A stretch of 64,000 bases of DNA from Roseibacillus sp. (GTDB lineage: Bacteria; Verrucomicrobiota; Verrucomicrobiia; Verrucomicrobiales; Akkermansiaceae), in the NCBI GenBank assembly GCA_965242925.1, contig CBDEUM010000014.1:1-64000 (forward strand), in the 5' to 3' direction. The notes under the pieces were generated by a model, which worked only from the letters and a program-made list of their open reading frames with translations, did not search any database and was not told the DNA's origin. The position numbers and the translations under genes were made by a program. Shown in pieces: positions 11,901 to 21,337 of the stretch (the first letter of the stretch is position 1; each line of letters starts with the position of its first letter).

Positions 11901-12204
11901 GAACTCGCTACCCTTCAGCGGGACTGCCGATGACCTGCTTTCCTATGCCCTGGCTGCAGCCCCAACTGCCGGTTTCGAGGGAGGCGAGTTTGTCCTGAAC
12001 GTTTCGCTGGATCTCCTCGCCCATGACGTGCTGGTCACCACGCAATTCTCGCTCGACCTTATCAACTGGACCGATGCCTCCGGCTCCGACTTAAAGTCCC
12101 GCGTCAACAACGGTGACAACACCGAGACCCTGAACTTCACTTCGCCTCTGCCTCCGGGCAACCTCGCCCGGCAATTCGCGCGGGTCCGCGTGGAACTCCG
12201 TTAG
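5971..12204 (+). CDS. Large secreted LamG + lamin-tail-domain + CotH kinase family protein
   Basis: N-terminal LamG; several lamin-tail units (VVFNEIHY..EFVELYN; WP..ADGSG.SL); CotH motifs GLRLKGS, HNFRFY, WDLDRSF; alternative TTG start at 5962. Confidence 0.85.
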   Translation: MIPCLSPQRRPRWLPVLAALALPGEVAGASLLGFYEFEGNYEDSTGNANHGVVSQNAGEVSIVSRGFRGQGADINDPAASGGGNSGGSIDLPFNLSPDEMPAVTFGGWVNVETNNGFPGFMAIDNGGWDRGIHMQDNWSVASGGTTNNIAPIAIGEWQYVVATFDRPANEATLYVGDDNSLTQTTTSGTREDGGATPGLAVLEIGRYDNQDLDAIVDDIFVFEGALTDHQVNAIRNLRLSALNYSPADTAKIFDGFEGDTTALVNALTWGPVGGLDASVPGHLVDLGAGQFTLVLADDGSGMTTVTGLFDPASNDGDALGDAWETFYFGNLSRDGTLDFDSDGRSDLEEWSDQTDPSDSDSDNDGLTDGQEATAGTDPLDNDSDDDGWNDSEEFTAGTDPNNPGNNPGNIPPPPPPIPVFTPSVPGNLRDSVVVFNEIHYQPSADDSSLEFVELYNQMAIDIDLSNWRIGGIGYNFPEGTVLGGGDYLVVAKDPAALQAATGYAGACGPYSGFLSNSGEPLRIFTQQVAFRTSPGGRSPGEVSDSLEGRRIMDEIDFSDLYPWPAGADGSGATLAKLDPTTGSAHPINWAASREQNGTPGSENTFANVPALAFNESSATTDPNFQIELYNYGTIPIFLGGMVVASSDPANDAYILPPGNLAAGTYLTIDAATLGFIPIDNNRLFLHSGGKTRLIDAVRVDNRPLARNPEGTGRWLRPDVPTFGDANSFAFTDDIVINEIFYHAYPQRATGGKPPSFDETVVIDFDASWRFEENAGSVGLPAGWEDVAHPAWPSGPGILAQETSTLGEPILTDLDLAPPTVTYYFETDFVYTGNPLDEMVVEHYVDDGAIFYLNGVELHRFNIGDGPVTPGTTASPGVADARLESFSEANPNLIVGTNRISIEVHQSTTGSTDVVLGARVTLRSLAHSANPPLPYAERDEEWIELYNRGSAPVDLTGWKLDGGIGYDFPINTSIPPGGYLVVAKDAVSLATKHPGIVIVGDFSNRLGNGADLIVLEDPVGNPGDEVIYHDSGHWHGAADGGGSSLELRDPNADNTNAQSWAPSDESLRTSWQTYTYEGVPESDGQGNNVYHEFLLGLLDSGELLLDDVSVIENPGGANIEFIQNGSFERDAVGANPDKWRCIGTHGSHGRTVVVNDPDDPGNKCLHVVATGPTEDKHNKIETTYANGQQIDVRRPYLITFRAKWLSGSNQVNTRLYFSYLQRTQLLEVAEVWGTPGAPNTTLIANAGPAISGFQHDPAVPETDEGVTVFAKADDPDGVTSLTLFYSIDDRRLQSQAMTTDGNGIYRASLRPQSAGRIVRFYVRAEDGSGAESFYPPDAGKGGAFYKVQDGRANTSGVRHNIRIVMAENDRQFLMTNTNRLSNARFPVTVIEDESIVYYDVGLRLKGSAFGRFNGSHYGFNLQFQPDNRFRGVHDSISIERSPPLKEMFAKHLLNRAGGAYTSFYDDVAQILNPTTSDRSVGLLSMARHTESYFDSLFPNAPTSGTLFNLELLYNPNGTDGGPEGLKRGNPYNHTNGRYELRDRGDNQEPYRWGFQIRNARGRDDYSKIIALNQAIGNLSGAALKAALDPLIDVDQWMRSFAMMSLNGTDDIYGRVWEHNFRFYSRPTDEKIMVYQWDLDRSFQLSSSASIPPGDNVGKVFSIPEYRRIFNGHLLDLIESTFNSTYLTPWASHLTTATGNSQNSLPGYVTNRANFILSQLPDRIRLRITTNGGADFSEPDSVVDIAGDGWIDVFSIEVNGAPTPVTWTDGNSWRITVPLAVGANPLTISGYNNRGTLVGNDSITVTNTSTVDLANASNTIISELHYHPSNPSVAELDAGFTDPDAFEFVEITNIGASHIDFTGVSFSDGITFDFPTSTVLGPNAKLIVVANRAAFELRYGAALATIAGEYSGSFRNSGEHVRLEAADDSPIADFSYGDSSPWPDSADGSGYSLVFIGASPADPFNWRSSTAPGGSPGSGNSLPFSGTADDLLSYALAAAPTAGFEGGEFVLNVSLDLLAHDVLVTTQFSLDLINWTDASGSDLKSRVNNGDNTETLNFTSPLPPGNLARQFARVRVELR

Positions 12205-12243
12205 CTCTTGGACAAAGCAGGATTCCCCGGACGGCAACAGGAC

Positions 12244-13056
12244 CTACCGCCAGCGATATTTCCGAATCCCTTCCGCGATGGCCTGGGCCGCGGTGGTCTG
12301 GAAGGAACTGGTCACGCACCGCGCACGCTCGCTCGGATTACTGATGAAGCCACACTCCACCAGAACGGCCGGACACTTCGTCTGCACCAGCACGGAGAAA
12401 CGGGCGAAGCGGACCCCCCGGTTCTTCATCTGGCACTTGCTGGCCAGTTCCCGGTGAATGGAGGAGGCCAGCTGACGGCCAGCCGCCCCTGCATAAAAAG
12501 TCTCCGCTCCACGCACCCATGTATTGCGGGTGGCGTTGAAGTGAATGCTCACAAAGATTGCATTGCGGTAGCGATTCGCAATGGACGCCCGACGGGAAAG
12601 CGAAAGGAAGGAGTCGCTCCGACGCGTCATCACCACCCGGTAGCCGTGCCGCTTCAGGTAGTATTCCAGCTTGCCGGCTACCTTCATGTTCAGGTAGGAC
12701 TCCTTTACCCCACCGCGATAGGCCCCCCAGTCCTTTCCTCCGTGGCCGGCATCGATCACCACCGTCTTGCCCCGTCCCACGCTGGAACTGGGATAAGAAC
12801 TCGTCGTCTTCGTGCTGCTTGTGCTCCGGGAGCTACTTCCCGGAATCTTGATGCGCTGCCCGATCTGCAGACTCCGGTGATCGCGGATCCCGTTGTGGGA
12901 TTTCAGTTGTGCCACCGAGGTCTTATACTGCCTCGCCAGGCCATAGAGGGTCTCCCCCTTGCGCAGGGTGTGGATGCCTCCAAAAAGGACGGTGCCCGAG
13001 CAGAGAAACATCAGGGCCGTCACCAGGGTCAGGTGAATGCGTTTGACGGGGTACAT
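12244..13056 (-). CDS. LysM-domain N-acetylmuramoyl-L-alanine amidase (Amidase_3)
   Basis: LysM (HTLRKGETLYGLARQY); VVIDAGHGG, E, FVSIHFN and VLVECGFISN zinc motifs. Confidence 0.92.
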   Translation of the reverse strand: MYPVKRIHLTLVTALMFLCSGTVLFGGIHTLRKGETLYGLARQYKTSVAQLKSHNGIRDHRSLQIGQRIKIPGSSSRSTSSTKTTSSYPSSSVGRGKTVVIDAGHGGKDWGAYRGGVKESYLNMKVAGKLEYYLKRHGYRVVMTRRSDSFLSLSRRASIANRYRNAIFVSIHFNATRNTWVRGAETFYAGAAGRQLASSIHRELASKCQMKNRGVRFARFSVLVQTKCPAVLVECGFISNPSERARCVTSSFQTTAAQAIAEGIRKYRWR

Positions 13057-13073
13057 GAGAACAGCAGACCCAA

Positions 13074-13102
13074 AAACTATTCTTTAATTTTAAAAAAGTC
13101 AA
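13074..13102 (-). promoter_or_regulatory. Sigma70 promoter of the amidase gene
   Basis: Minus strand TTGACT-N17-TAGTTT in a strongly AT-rich intergenic patch. Confidence 0.6.
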
Positions 13103-13129
13103 ATAGTAAAGGTATTCTAAGTAATTTGC

Positions 13130-13984
13130 TCAACCTTCTCCCTCGTCCACCGGGATTTCTTCCCCCTCTGAATCAAGCATTTCCTCCACTGCCTTGCGCC
13201 GTTGAACAGAGAGCATGGGACGGATTAATCCGTAGATGAGGTAAGCAGAAAACCACACGGCCGGCAGCACCTGGAAAAAAACGATGGTGGCCCCTACGAA
13301 AATTATACCCAGAGCAAGCAGAGGGACACTCGACCGCGTACTCCAGCCGATCTTCTTGAAACTGGGATAGCGAATGCTGCTGATCATCAGGAAGGACAGA
13401 CCGAGCATCGCACCCGCCAGCACCCAGTTCCACGCCCCAAGTTCGCGGTCGTTGTCGTGGAGATAGATGATCAGAAAGGTAAGGGAGGCGATGAATCCGG
13501 CAGCCATCGGGATTGGAATCCCGCGAAAGGTCTTGAGATCCTCTTCCGATCCCATCATCGCCAGACAGTTGAAACGCGCGAGACGGATGGCCCCGCAGAG
13601 AAGATAAATAAAGGCGATGGCCCAGCCTACTCCCGGCTCCGCCCGCTGGAATCCTTCCGGCAATTCCAGATTCAGAAGAACCGCCTTGGAGCACAACAGG
13701 GCAGGTGCCATCCCAAAGGAAACAAGGTCCGCCAGCGAATCAAACTCCCGCCCGAAGTCCGACTCCTGCCCGCCCAGCCGCGCGAGGCGACCATCCAGCA
13801 AATCAAAAAGGCAGGCTCCGAAGATGAGAAGGAGGGAGGTTTCGTAGTAATGCTTGGCATCCCCGAACTCGGGCATCTGCATGCCCTTGAAAATCGTAAG
13901 AACCGCAAAAAATCCGCAGCACAGGTTCCCTGCCGTCATCAGGTTGGGCAGGAGATAGACCCTGGGCTCCTTGTCATGCTCCAT
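13130..13984 (-). CDS. pssA: CDP-diacylglycerol--serine O-phosphatidyltransferase
   Basis: LLPNLMTAGNL; DLLDGRLAR...FGREFDSLADLVSFG CDP-alcohol motif; RLARFN; F.GIPIP. Confidence 0.9.
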   Translation of the reverse strand: MEHDKEPRVYLLPNLMTAGNLCCGFFAVLTIFKGMQMPEFGDAKHYYETSLLLIFGACLFDLLDGRLARLGGQESDFGREFDSLADLVSFGMAPALLCSKAVLLNLELPEGFQRAEPGVGWAIAFIYLLCGAIRLARFNCLAMMGSEEDLKTFRGIPIPMAAGFIASLTFLIIYLHDNDRELGAWNWVLAGAMLGLSFLMISSIRYPSFKKIGWSTRSSVPLLALGIIFVGATIVFFQVLPAVWFSAYLIYGLIRPMLSVQRRKAVEEMLDSEGEEIPVDEGEG

Positions 13985-14132
13985 CACTCCGCCACTATAC
14001 GGACATTTCTCCCAACACAAACACTGGAAATTCGAGCCAAGAGAGTCATGCTCTCCCCGAAACCGGAGATCTCAAGGTCCGTGCCAACCAGTGCATGGGA
14101 GATCTTCTCCCTGATCCCTTGAACTCATTCCC

Positions 14133-15104
14133 ATGAACCGCCGCAACTTCCTTGCTACCTCCGGCAGCACCGTCGCCGCCCTCGGCACCGTCTCTGCCGT
14201 GGAACCGCAACAACTCCAGGCAGACAAGAAGCCCGAACTCATGCGCCCCCACCGTGGACCCAACCGCATCGGTGTCTCCTCCTATTCCTTCTGGGGATTC
14301 CGCCGCAAGGAGTTGCGCTCCCTGCACTCCAATCTCGAGCACGCAGCCCGCATGGGCTTTGACGGACTCGAAATCCTGCAGAGACAACTGGAATCCACGG
14401 ACAATGCCACCCTGCAGAAGATCAAGCGTCACGCCTTCGTCCTCGGCCTCGACCTCATGGGCTACTCCACCCACCAGGGATTCCTCTCGCCCGAGAAGGA
14501 GAGGCGGCAGAAAAACATCGACCACACGATCAACTGTCTCGAGCAGGCCTATCAACTCGGCATTCCCACCATGCGGGTAAACTCCGGCACGTGGGGCACC
14601 TCAAAGAACTTCGACGATCTCATGGCCAAGCGGGGAATCGAGGAACCCCTCAAGGGATACACCGAGGAAGATGCCTACAAGTGGGTGATCGACGCCTATG
14701 AGAAACTCGTTCCCGAGGCCGAAAAGCGCGGCGTCATCATGGGGCTGGAAAATCATTGGGGCCTCGGAGTCACCCCGGAGGGCATCAAGCGGGTGGTCAA
14801 CGCGGTCGATTCGGAGTGGCTCCAGGTGACTCTCGACACCGGCAACTTCCTGGAGGATCCATACGCAAGACTGGCCCAACTGGCACCCCGGACCGTGCTC
14901 ATGCAGTGCAAGACCTACTTCGGAGGAGGTCGTTGGTACACCCTTGACCTCGATTACGGCCGCATTGCCGGCATCATGAAAAACGCCGGTTTCAAGGGTT
15001 ACGTCTCCCTTGAATTCGAAGGCAAGGAGGACCCCCTCACCGCGATCCCCAAGTCGCTTCGCCTGCTGCGCAGACACTTCGGGGCAACGGCCTCGAAAGA
15101 TTGA
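14133..15104 (+). CDS. Tat-exported sugar phosphate isomerase/epimerase (xylose-isomerase-like TIM barrel)
   Basis: NRRNFL Tat signal; GFDGLE, LENHWG, LDTGNF, SLEFEG motifs. Confidence 0.85.
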   Translation: MNRRNFLATSGSTVAALGTVSAVEPQQLQADKKPELMRPHRGPNRIGVSSYSFWGFRRKELRSLHSNLEHAARMGFDGLEILQRQLESTDNATLQKIKRHAFVLGLDLMGYSTHQGFLSPEKERRQKNIDHTINCLEQAYQLGIPTMRVNSGTWGTSKNFDDLMAKRGIEEPLKGYTEEDAYKWVIDAYEKLVPEAEKRGVIMGLENHWGLGVTPEGIKRVVNAVDSEWLQVTLDTGNFLEDPYARLAQLAPRTVLMQCKTYFGGGRWYTLDLDYGRIAGIMKNAGFKGYVSLEFEGKEDPLTAIPKSLRLLRRHFGATASKD

Positions 15105-15270
15105 ATGGTTCCCGGCCAGTTGGCGCCGTGTGCCAGTCGCGGATAGCAGGTCGTAGCTGCCTGAGCTTCGCCTGTCTCGTTCCCGGGCTGACGTTATCGA
15201 CCTGGCCACAACAATTGAACGCGGCGCCTTGAAGCTTCCCATCGAACCATCCGCTGTCACCCTCCTGCCC

Positions 15271-15879
15271 ATGAAAGCGCTTCTCATGCTCGGCGTCCTC
15301 CTGTTCCCTTCGTTCACCGTTTCTGCAGGACCGGAGTGGAAACCACTCTTCAACGGCAAGGATCTGAACGGCTGGCATCCCGTTCCTGGCGGCAAATGGG
15401 AAGTGGTCGACGGGACCATCCTGGGCACTTCGCCCCGCAGCGAACCACGACACGGTCTCCTCATGACCGACAAGCGCTTCAGGAACTTCAAGGTGCGCGC
15501 CAGATTCAAGGTCACCAGTGGGGACAGCGGATTCTACTTCCGGGTGGAAAAAACCAAGACCCATGTCAGCGTAAGGGGCTTCCAGGCCGAAGTCGACAAC
15601 TCCAGGGAAGTGGGCGGACTTTACGAGACGTCCATGCGCGCCTGGGTCAGCAAACCCGACCCCAAGCTCATCGCCCGGACGGTGAAGCCTGGCGAGTGGA
15701 CCGATCTCCTCGTCACCGCGGTCGGAGACGACATCACGGTCTCCCTCAATGGAGTGAAGGTGACCGAACTGCTGGGTGACGGGAAATGCCTCAAGGAGGG
15801 TCACATCGCCCTCCAGCTGCACGGGGGCCAGGACATGAAGGTGCAGTTCAAGGATCTCGCGATCATGGAGCTACCCTAG
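15271..15879 (+). CDS. DUF1080 (3-keto-disaccharide hydrolase-like) protein
   Basis: LFNGKDLNGW, DSGFYFR, GHIALQLHG; signal peptide. Confidence 0.88.
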   Translation: MKALLMLGVLLFPSFTVSAGPEWKPLFNGKDLNGWHPVPGGKWEVVDGTILGTSPRSEPRHGLLMTDKRFRNFKVRARFKVTSGDSGFYFRVEKTKTHVSVRGFQAEVDNSREVGGLYETSMRAWVSKPDPKLIARTVKPGEWTDLLVTAVGDDITVSLNGVKVTELLGDGKCLKEGHIALQLHGGQDMKVQFKDLAIMELP

Positions 15880-15973
15880 CCCACTCGCCCCGGAACGACC
15901 CGCCCGCCCTGAGAGGCCGCTTCCCCGGCTTCAACGGACGGCCCCGGCGTCCAATCCCCTCCGGCGCACTATC

Positions 15974-16294
15974 CTACCACACCCCCACCAGCACCAGGGT
16001 CAGCAGGGTGATCGCCAGGAGCACCGCGGTCACCACCCAATACCACCTGATCCGTATCGCCTTGGAGGTCCTGTGCCCGAATTCACGTGCGACGAAGTCC
16101 TCGTAGTCAAATTCCTCGTCCGGCAAATCAAGACCATCGTGGGTGTCGTCCTGCTCCCATGACCGCCGCCTGGGCCGGGTTCGGGCGCTCTTGTTCCGTT
16201 TGCGCATCCGGGTCTCCGGACCACAACCGGGACACGCCATTCCCACCTTCACTTCTGCCCCGCAGGTGGGACACATGTAGCAGTCGGAGGCCAT
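15974..16294 (-). CDS. Small zinc-ribbon protein with a C-terminal membrane anchor
   Basis: CPTCG...CPGCG, basic then acidic linker, terminal hydrophobic helix. Confidence 0.7.
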   Translation of the reverse strand: MASDCYMCPTCGAEVKVGMACPGCGPETRMRKRNKSARTRPRRRSWEQDDTHDGLDLPDEEFDYEDFVAREFGHRTSKAIRIRWYWVVTAVLLAITLLTLVLVGVW

Positions 16295-16371
16295 CCGTGG
16301 AGTTTCAGCAGTCAGACAGGTTCCATTGCCCTGCCGGGGAACTCCAGGATCCCGGGTTCCCGCATCTTCGC

Positions 16372-17784
16372 CTAATAACGATAGTGTTCCGCCTTGTAGG
16401 GGCCTTCCACCGGCACATCGATATAGGCCGCCTGCTCGGGTGTGAGCTTCGTCATCTTGCAGCCGATCTTATCGAGGTGCAGCCGCGCCACTTCCTCGTC
16501 GAGCTCCTTGGAAAGCACCTCCACCCCGATCCCGCGGGTGTCCTTTGTCTCCCAGAGCGCGATCTGCGCCAGGGTCTGGTTCGTGAAGCTATTGCTCATC
16601 ACGAAGCTCGGGTGCCCGGTGGCGCATCCGAGGTTCACGAGGCGGCCCTCAGCCAGCATGTAGATGCTGTTGCCGGCCGGGAAGGTGTAACGGTCCACCT
16701 GCGGCTTGATGTTGAGCTTCTGAATCCCCTCGATCTGCTCGAGCTTGTCGATCTGGATCTCGTTGTCAAAGTGACCGATGTTACAGACGATGGCCTGGTC
16801 CTTCATCTTCTCCATGTGCTCGGCACGGATGATGTCGAAGTTGCCAGTGGTGGTGACATAGATGTCCCCCCAGCCAAGGGTGTCCTCCACGGTCAGGACC
16901 CGGAATCCCTCCATCGCGGCCTGCAGCGCACAGATCGGGTCGATCTCGGTTACCACGACCTGCGCCCCCTGCGCCCGGAGCGCCTGTGCGCAACCCTTGC
17001 CGACGTCGCCGTAACCACACACCACGCCGACCTTACCGGAGATCATGACGTCGGTGGCACGCTTGATGCCGTCGATGAGCGACTCGCGGCAGCCGTAGAG
17101 GTTGTCGAACTTCGACTTCGTCACCGAGTCGTTCACATTGATGGCCGGGAAGAGTAGCTTGCCGTCCCGCTGCATCTGGTAGAGACGGTGCACCCCGGTG
17201 GTGGTCTCCTCGGAAACCCCCTTGAGCTCCGGCACCCACTCGTGAAACACGCCCGGGCGTTCCGCGTGGATTTTCTTGAGGAGATCCTTGATGACCTGCT
17301 CCTCGTGGTTGCCGCTGGGCGTGTTCACCCAGTCGCTGCCCTCCTCAAGTTCATAACCCTTGTGAATCAGGAGGGTTGCATCACCACCGTCGTCGACGAT
17401 GAGCTGTGGACCCCTGCCCTCCGGGAACTGCAGGGCCTGCCAGGTGCACCACCAGTATTCCTCCAGGGTCTCACCCTTCCAGGCAAAGACGGGAGTGCCG
17501 GCGGCCGCGATCGCCGCCGCCGCATGGTCCTGTGTTGAGAAAATATTGCAGGAACACCAGCGCACATCCGCGCCCACTTCCTTCAACGTCTCGATCAGCA
17601 CCGCGGTCTGAATGGTCATGTGGAGAGACCCCATCACCCGAACGCCGTCCAGCGGTTTCCCTGGCCCGTACTTATCCCGGCTCGCCATCAGGCCCGGCAT
17701 CTCGTGCTCGGCGATATCGATCTCCTTGCGGCCGAAATCGGCCAGACCGAGGTCGGCTACCTTATACTCTTCCTTTGCACTCAT
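16372..17784 (-). CDS. ahcY: Adenosylhomocysteinase
   Basis: [52 protein letters not shown]. Confidence 0.99.
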   Translation of the reverse strand: MSAKEEYKVADLGLADFGRKEIDIAEHEMPGLMASRDKYGPGKPLDGVRVMGSLHMTIQTAVLIETLKEVGADVRWCSCNIFSTQDHAAAAIAAAGTPVFAWKGETLEEYWWCTWQALQFPEGRGPQLIVDDGGDATLLIHKGYELEEGSDWVNTPSGNHEEQVIKDLLKKIHAERPGVFHEWVPELKGVSEETTTGVHRLYQMQRDGKLLFPAINVNDSVTKSKFDNLYGCRESLIDGIKRATDVMISGKVGVVCGYGDVGKGCAQALRAQGAQVVVTEIDPICALQAAMEGFRVLTVEDTLGWGDIYVTTTGNFDIIRAEHMEKMKDQAIVCNIGHFDNEIQIDKLEQIEGIQKLNIKPQVDRYTFPAGNSIYMLAEGRLVNLGCATGHPSFVMSNSFTNQTLAQIALWETKDTRGIGVEVLSKELDEEVARLHLDKIGCKMTKLTPEQAAYIDVPVEGPYKAEHYRY

Positions 17785-17819
17785 GATTCGTCAGTCGTGG
17801 GGTTGTTCACCGCTCCAGA

Positions 17820-19022
17820 TCATCCCTTCAGTGCCCGCTTGAGGGCTGCCACCCTGTTCGTCCTCTCCCACGTCAGGGCCGGATCATCCTTGCCGAAGTG
17901 GCCGTAATTCGTCGCCCTGCTGTAAATCGGCCGGAGGAGATTCAGGTCCTTCACAATGTCGGCCGGCTTGAAGCTGAAGACCTCCAGAACCGCCTTCAGG
18001 ATTGCGTCGTCCGGAACGGTGCCGGTGCCAAATGTATCGATGTGGACGCTCACCGGGCGCGGGTGGCCGATCGCGTAGGCGAACTGTAGCTCGCACTTGC
18101 CCGCCAGCCCCGCTGCCACGACGTTCTTGGCCACCCAGCGGCCCATATAGGCGGCCGAGCGATCCACCTTCGACGGATCCTTGCCGGAAAACGCCCCCCC
18201 GCCGTGACGGCCGACCCCACCGTAGGTATCCACGATGATCTTGCGCCCCGTCAGGCCACTGTCGCCCTGCGGACCGCCAATCACGAACTTGCCGGTCGGG
18301 TTGATGAGATACTCGGTGTCCTTCGTCAGCATCCGCTTGGGCAGCACCTTCCTGATCACCTTCTCGATGATGAACTTCTCGATCTCTCTGTGCTTCACGC
18401 TCTCCGCGTGCTGGGTGGAAATCACGGCGTTCACAATGCGTTTCGGCTTGTCGTCAACATATTCGACCGACACCTGGCTCTTCGCGTCGGGACGCAGCCA
18501 CCTGGCCTGCTTGCCCGCCTTCCGGATCTTCGTCAGGGCCGCACCCAGACGATGGGCATACATGATCGGCGCCGGCATCAACTCGGGCGTCTCGTCACTC
18601 GCATAGCCGAACATGATCCCCTGGTCACCGGCACCCTGCTCCGCCGTCTTCTTGCCCACTGCCTTCTTGGCATCGACGCCCTGTGCAATGTCCACCGACT
18701 GCGAGGTCAGCAGGTTCTGGATGAAGACCTTGTCCGAGTGGAACACATCATCGTCGTTCACGTAGCCGATTCCGCGGATCGCGTCGCGCACGATCTTCTC
18801 AACGTTGATGACTTCCCCGAGCGGCTTGCCCGCAGCCTTCGGAATCGTAATCTCACCACCAAGCACCACCATGTTGCTTTTCACAAAGGTCTCGCAGGCC
18901 ACCCGACTCGTCTTGTCCACCCTCAGGCAGGCATCGAGAATTGCGTCCGAGATCGTGTCCGATACCTTGTCCGGGTGTCCTTCACCGACCGATTCCGAGG
19001 AAAAAATGAATGTGTTAGCCAT
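17820..19022 (-). CDS. metK: Methionine adenosyltransferase
   Basis: [36 protein letters not shown]. Confidence 0.99.
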   Translation of the reverse strand: MANTFIFSSESVGEGHPDKVSDTISDAILDACLRVDKTSRVACETFVKSNMVVLGGEITIPKAAGKPLGEVINVEKIVRDAIRGIGYVNDDDVFHSDKVFIQNLLTSQSVDIAQGVDAKKAVGKKTAEQGAGDQGIMFGYASDETPELMPAPIMYAHRLGAALTKIRKAGKQARWLRPDAKSQVSVEYVDDKPKRIVNAVISTQHAESVKHREIEKFIIEKVIRKVLPKRMLTKDTEYLINPTGKFVIGGPQGDSGLTGRKIIVDTYGGVGRHGGGAFSGKDPSKVDRSAAYMGRWVAKNVVAAGLAGKCELQFAYAIGHPRPVSVHIDTFGTGTVPDDAILKAVLEVFSFKPADIVKDLNLLRPIYSRATNYGHFGKDDPALTWERTNRVAALKRALKG

Positions 19023-19040
19023 CGCTTTATGCTGTTTTAT

Positions 19041-19064
19041 ATCAACAAATCGTGATTTGTTGAT
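19041..19064. promoter_or_regulatory. Palindromic operator between divergent metK and the ArsR-methyltransferase regulator
   Basis: Perfect 11-bp inverted repeat ATCAACAAATC-GT-GATTTGTTGAT in a 63-bp intergenic gap. Confidence 0.75.
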
Positions 19065-19085
19065 GCGACTTACGCCGCCTCGCCT

Positions 19086-20000
19086 ATGTCGTCAATCCTC
19101 AATTCCCTGAAACTGATCGCCGATCCGACGCGGCTCCGGCTCCTCCTTCTATTGGCCGAGGAATCCCTCAGCGTGGCGGAACTGCAGGAAATTCTCGGGA
19201 TGGGCCAGTCCCGGATCTCGACCCAGCTCGCCCAGCTCAAGAAAGGGGGACTCGCCGACAACCTCCGGTCCGGCAAGAACAACATCTATTCCTGTTGTGC
19301 TCCCACTGAACTCCTGACGATCGCCCGACAGGCCGCCGACGAAATCCCCGCCCGCCCGAAGGACGAAGCGGCCCTCGCCCACCTCCTGCACAAGCGCAAG
19401 GACCGCACCCGGGCCTACTTCGACAAGCTGGCCGGGAAGTTCGGCCGTCATTACGTCCCGGGCCGTTCGTGGAAGGCACTCGCCGAGGGCCTGCTCAAGA
19501 TCCTCAACTTCAAGGTCGTTGCGGATCTCGGGGCGGGCGAAGGTACTCTCTCCCAGCTCCTCGCCCAGCGTGCCCGGCAGGTCATTGCCATCGACCATTC
19601 AAAGAAAATGGTGGCCTTCGGCAAAAAGCTCGCCAGCGAGAACGGTCTGCCCAACCTCGAATACCGGCTGGGCGACATTGAAGCACCCCCCATCGATGAC
19701 AACTCCATCGACCTCGCCTTCCTCAGCCAGGCACTCCACCACGCTACCAACCCCGCCCGCGCCCTGCAGGAGGCACACCGCATCCTCAAGCCGCAGGGCC
19801 GGCTGGTGATCCTTGATCTCCTTCAGCACTCCTTCGACAAGGCCCGCGAGTTGTATGCCGATACCCACTTGGGTTTTGCCGAAGTGGAGATCGCTGGTCT
19901 GCTGGAGAACGCCGGCTTCAGGGACGTGGAAACCGTCATCGTGGACCGCGAGGAAGCCCCGCCCCACTTCCAGACGCTTCTGGCGGTGGCCCGGAAGTAA
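19086..20000 (+). CDS. ArsR-family HTH fused to a SAM-methyltransferase-like domain (SahR-like regulator)
   Basis: ADPTRLRLL...[35 protein letters not shown]-binding motif; adjacent to metK-ahcY. Confidence 0.88.
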   Translation: MSSILNSLKLIADPTRLRLLLLLAEESLSVAELQEILGMGQSRISTQLAQLKKGGLADNLRSGKNNIYSCCAPTELLTIARQAADEIPARPKDEAALAHLLHKRKDRTRAYFDKLAGKFGRHYVPGRSWKALAEGLLKILNFKVVADLGAGEGTLSQLLAQRARQVIAIDHSKKMVAFGKKLASENGLPNLEYRLGDIEAPPIDDNSIDLAFLSQALHHATNPARALQEAHRILKPQGRLVILDLLQHSFDKARELYADTHLGFAEVEIAGLLENAGFRDVETVIVDREEAPPHFQTLLAVARK

Positions 20001-20076
20001 TCCCGGGGCGAACCGCATGGTTTAAGGAGTGACGGCGGCGGCCCCGACTGGCAGCTTGGATCCGAATCGGTGCCCC

Positions 20077-21291
20077 ATGCATTTTCCCTCCTCCCAGTCC
20101 CGATCCCTTGTGCTGGCCTGCCTCTGCTCCGCTGCTCTTCCTTCACAGGGCGGTGACTGGCCACATTGGCGGGGTCCGGACCGCAACGGCATCTCCACCG
20201 AGAACCTGCCCGCCGGTGCTCTGAACAACATTGGCGGAAAGATCGTCTGGAAGGCGGAAGTGGGAACAGGATTCGCCTCGGTTTCCGTGGTGGGCGACCG
20301 CCTCTTCACCACGGGGCACCGCAAGGGCACCGATACCGTCTACTGCCTCAGCACGAAGGACGGCTCGATCCTCTGGAAGCACTCCTTCAACTCGGATCTC
20401 GGCGACAAGTTCTACGAGGGCGGCCCCGGGGCCACCCCGACGGTGGCGGGTGAGAGAGTCTACCTTCTTTCCAAGTGGGGCGACCTCTTCTGCCTCAGGA
20501 GCACCGACGGAGCAGTGGCCTGGAAAAAACAGCTTCGCGAAGAGGCCGGGGTCCGGGTCCCGACCTGGGGATTCAACGGATCCGCCACCGTGGTGGGCGA
20601 TGCGGTTTTTCTCAATGTCGGCACAGCGGGGATGGCCCTGAAAAAGGATGATGGTGGAATCCTCTGGCACTCGGAGAAGGGTGACCCGGGCTATTCCACC
20701 CCCCTCCCGGTCAAGTTGAACGGAACAGCCGCGATCCTGCTGGCGAGCGGAAAGTACTATCTGGCGGTCGATCCCGCTACCGGCAAACGGCTCTGGTCCC
20801 ACCGCTGGATCACCCGCTATGGCGTCAATGCCACCGATCCCCTCGTGAACGGAACCCGGGTGTTCATTTCCTCGGGCTATAACAAGGGCTGCACCCTGCT
20901 CGAAACCGGCGACAACCAGGTGAAGACCATCTGGAAAAACAAGGAACTGCGCAATCAGTTCAGCGGATCGGTATTGATTGACGGGCACCTCTACGGAATC
21001 GACGGGGACTCCAATGGGGACGCCTCCCTTAAATGCCTGGACTGGAAGACCGGGGAGGTGAAATGGAGCTTCGACAAGTGCGGCTTCGGATCCCTCCTCG
21101 CCACTCGTGATCAACTGCTGGTTCTCGATCACGGCGGCACGCTCTGGGTCGCTCCTGCCTCGGCCACTGGATTCAATCCCTCGTCCAGCGGGAAGATCCT
21201 GGATGGAAAGTGCTGGACCGTGCCGGTCCTGGCCCACGGAAAACTCTACGCCCGCAACGCAAGTGGAACTCTGGTTTGCGTGGAGTGGTGA
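20077..21291 (+). CDS. PQQ-binding-like (BamB-like) beta-propeller protein
   Basis: DWPHWRGPDRNG start; repeated G.xxW blades; YSTP; W..PVLAHGKLYARN. Confidence 0.85.
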   Translation: MHFPSSQSRSLVLACLCSAALPSQGGDWPHWRGPDRNGISTENLPAGALNNIGGKIVWKAEVGTGFASVSVVGDRLFTTGHRKGTDTVYCLSTKDGSILWKHSFNSDLGDKFYEGGPGATPTVAGERVYLLSKWGDLFCLRSTDGAVAWKKQLREEAGVRVPTWGFNGSATVVGDAVFLNVGTAGMALKKDDGGILWHSEKGDPGYSTPLPVKLNGTAAILLASGKYYLAVDPATGKRLWSHRWITRYGVNATDPLVNGTRVFISSGYNKGCTLLETGDNQVKTIWKNKELRNQFSGSVLIDGHLYGIDGDSNGDASLKCLDWKTGEVKWSFDKCGFGSLLATRDQLLVLDHGGTLWVAPASATGFNPSSSGKILDGKCWTVPVLAHGKLYARNASGTLVCVEW

Positions 21292-21337
21292 ATTGTATTG
21301 AATGGGGCGTTCCGACGCCCTCGATCCTCCTTCACTC

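Noticed and set aside
17785..19085. SAM or SAH riboswitch before metK or ahcY
   Set aside because: The gaps are only 63 and 35 bp and lack the conserved cores; a protein operator explains the regulation
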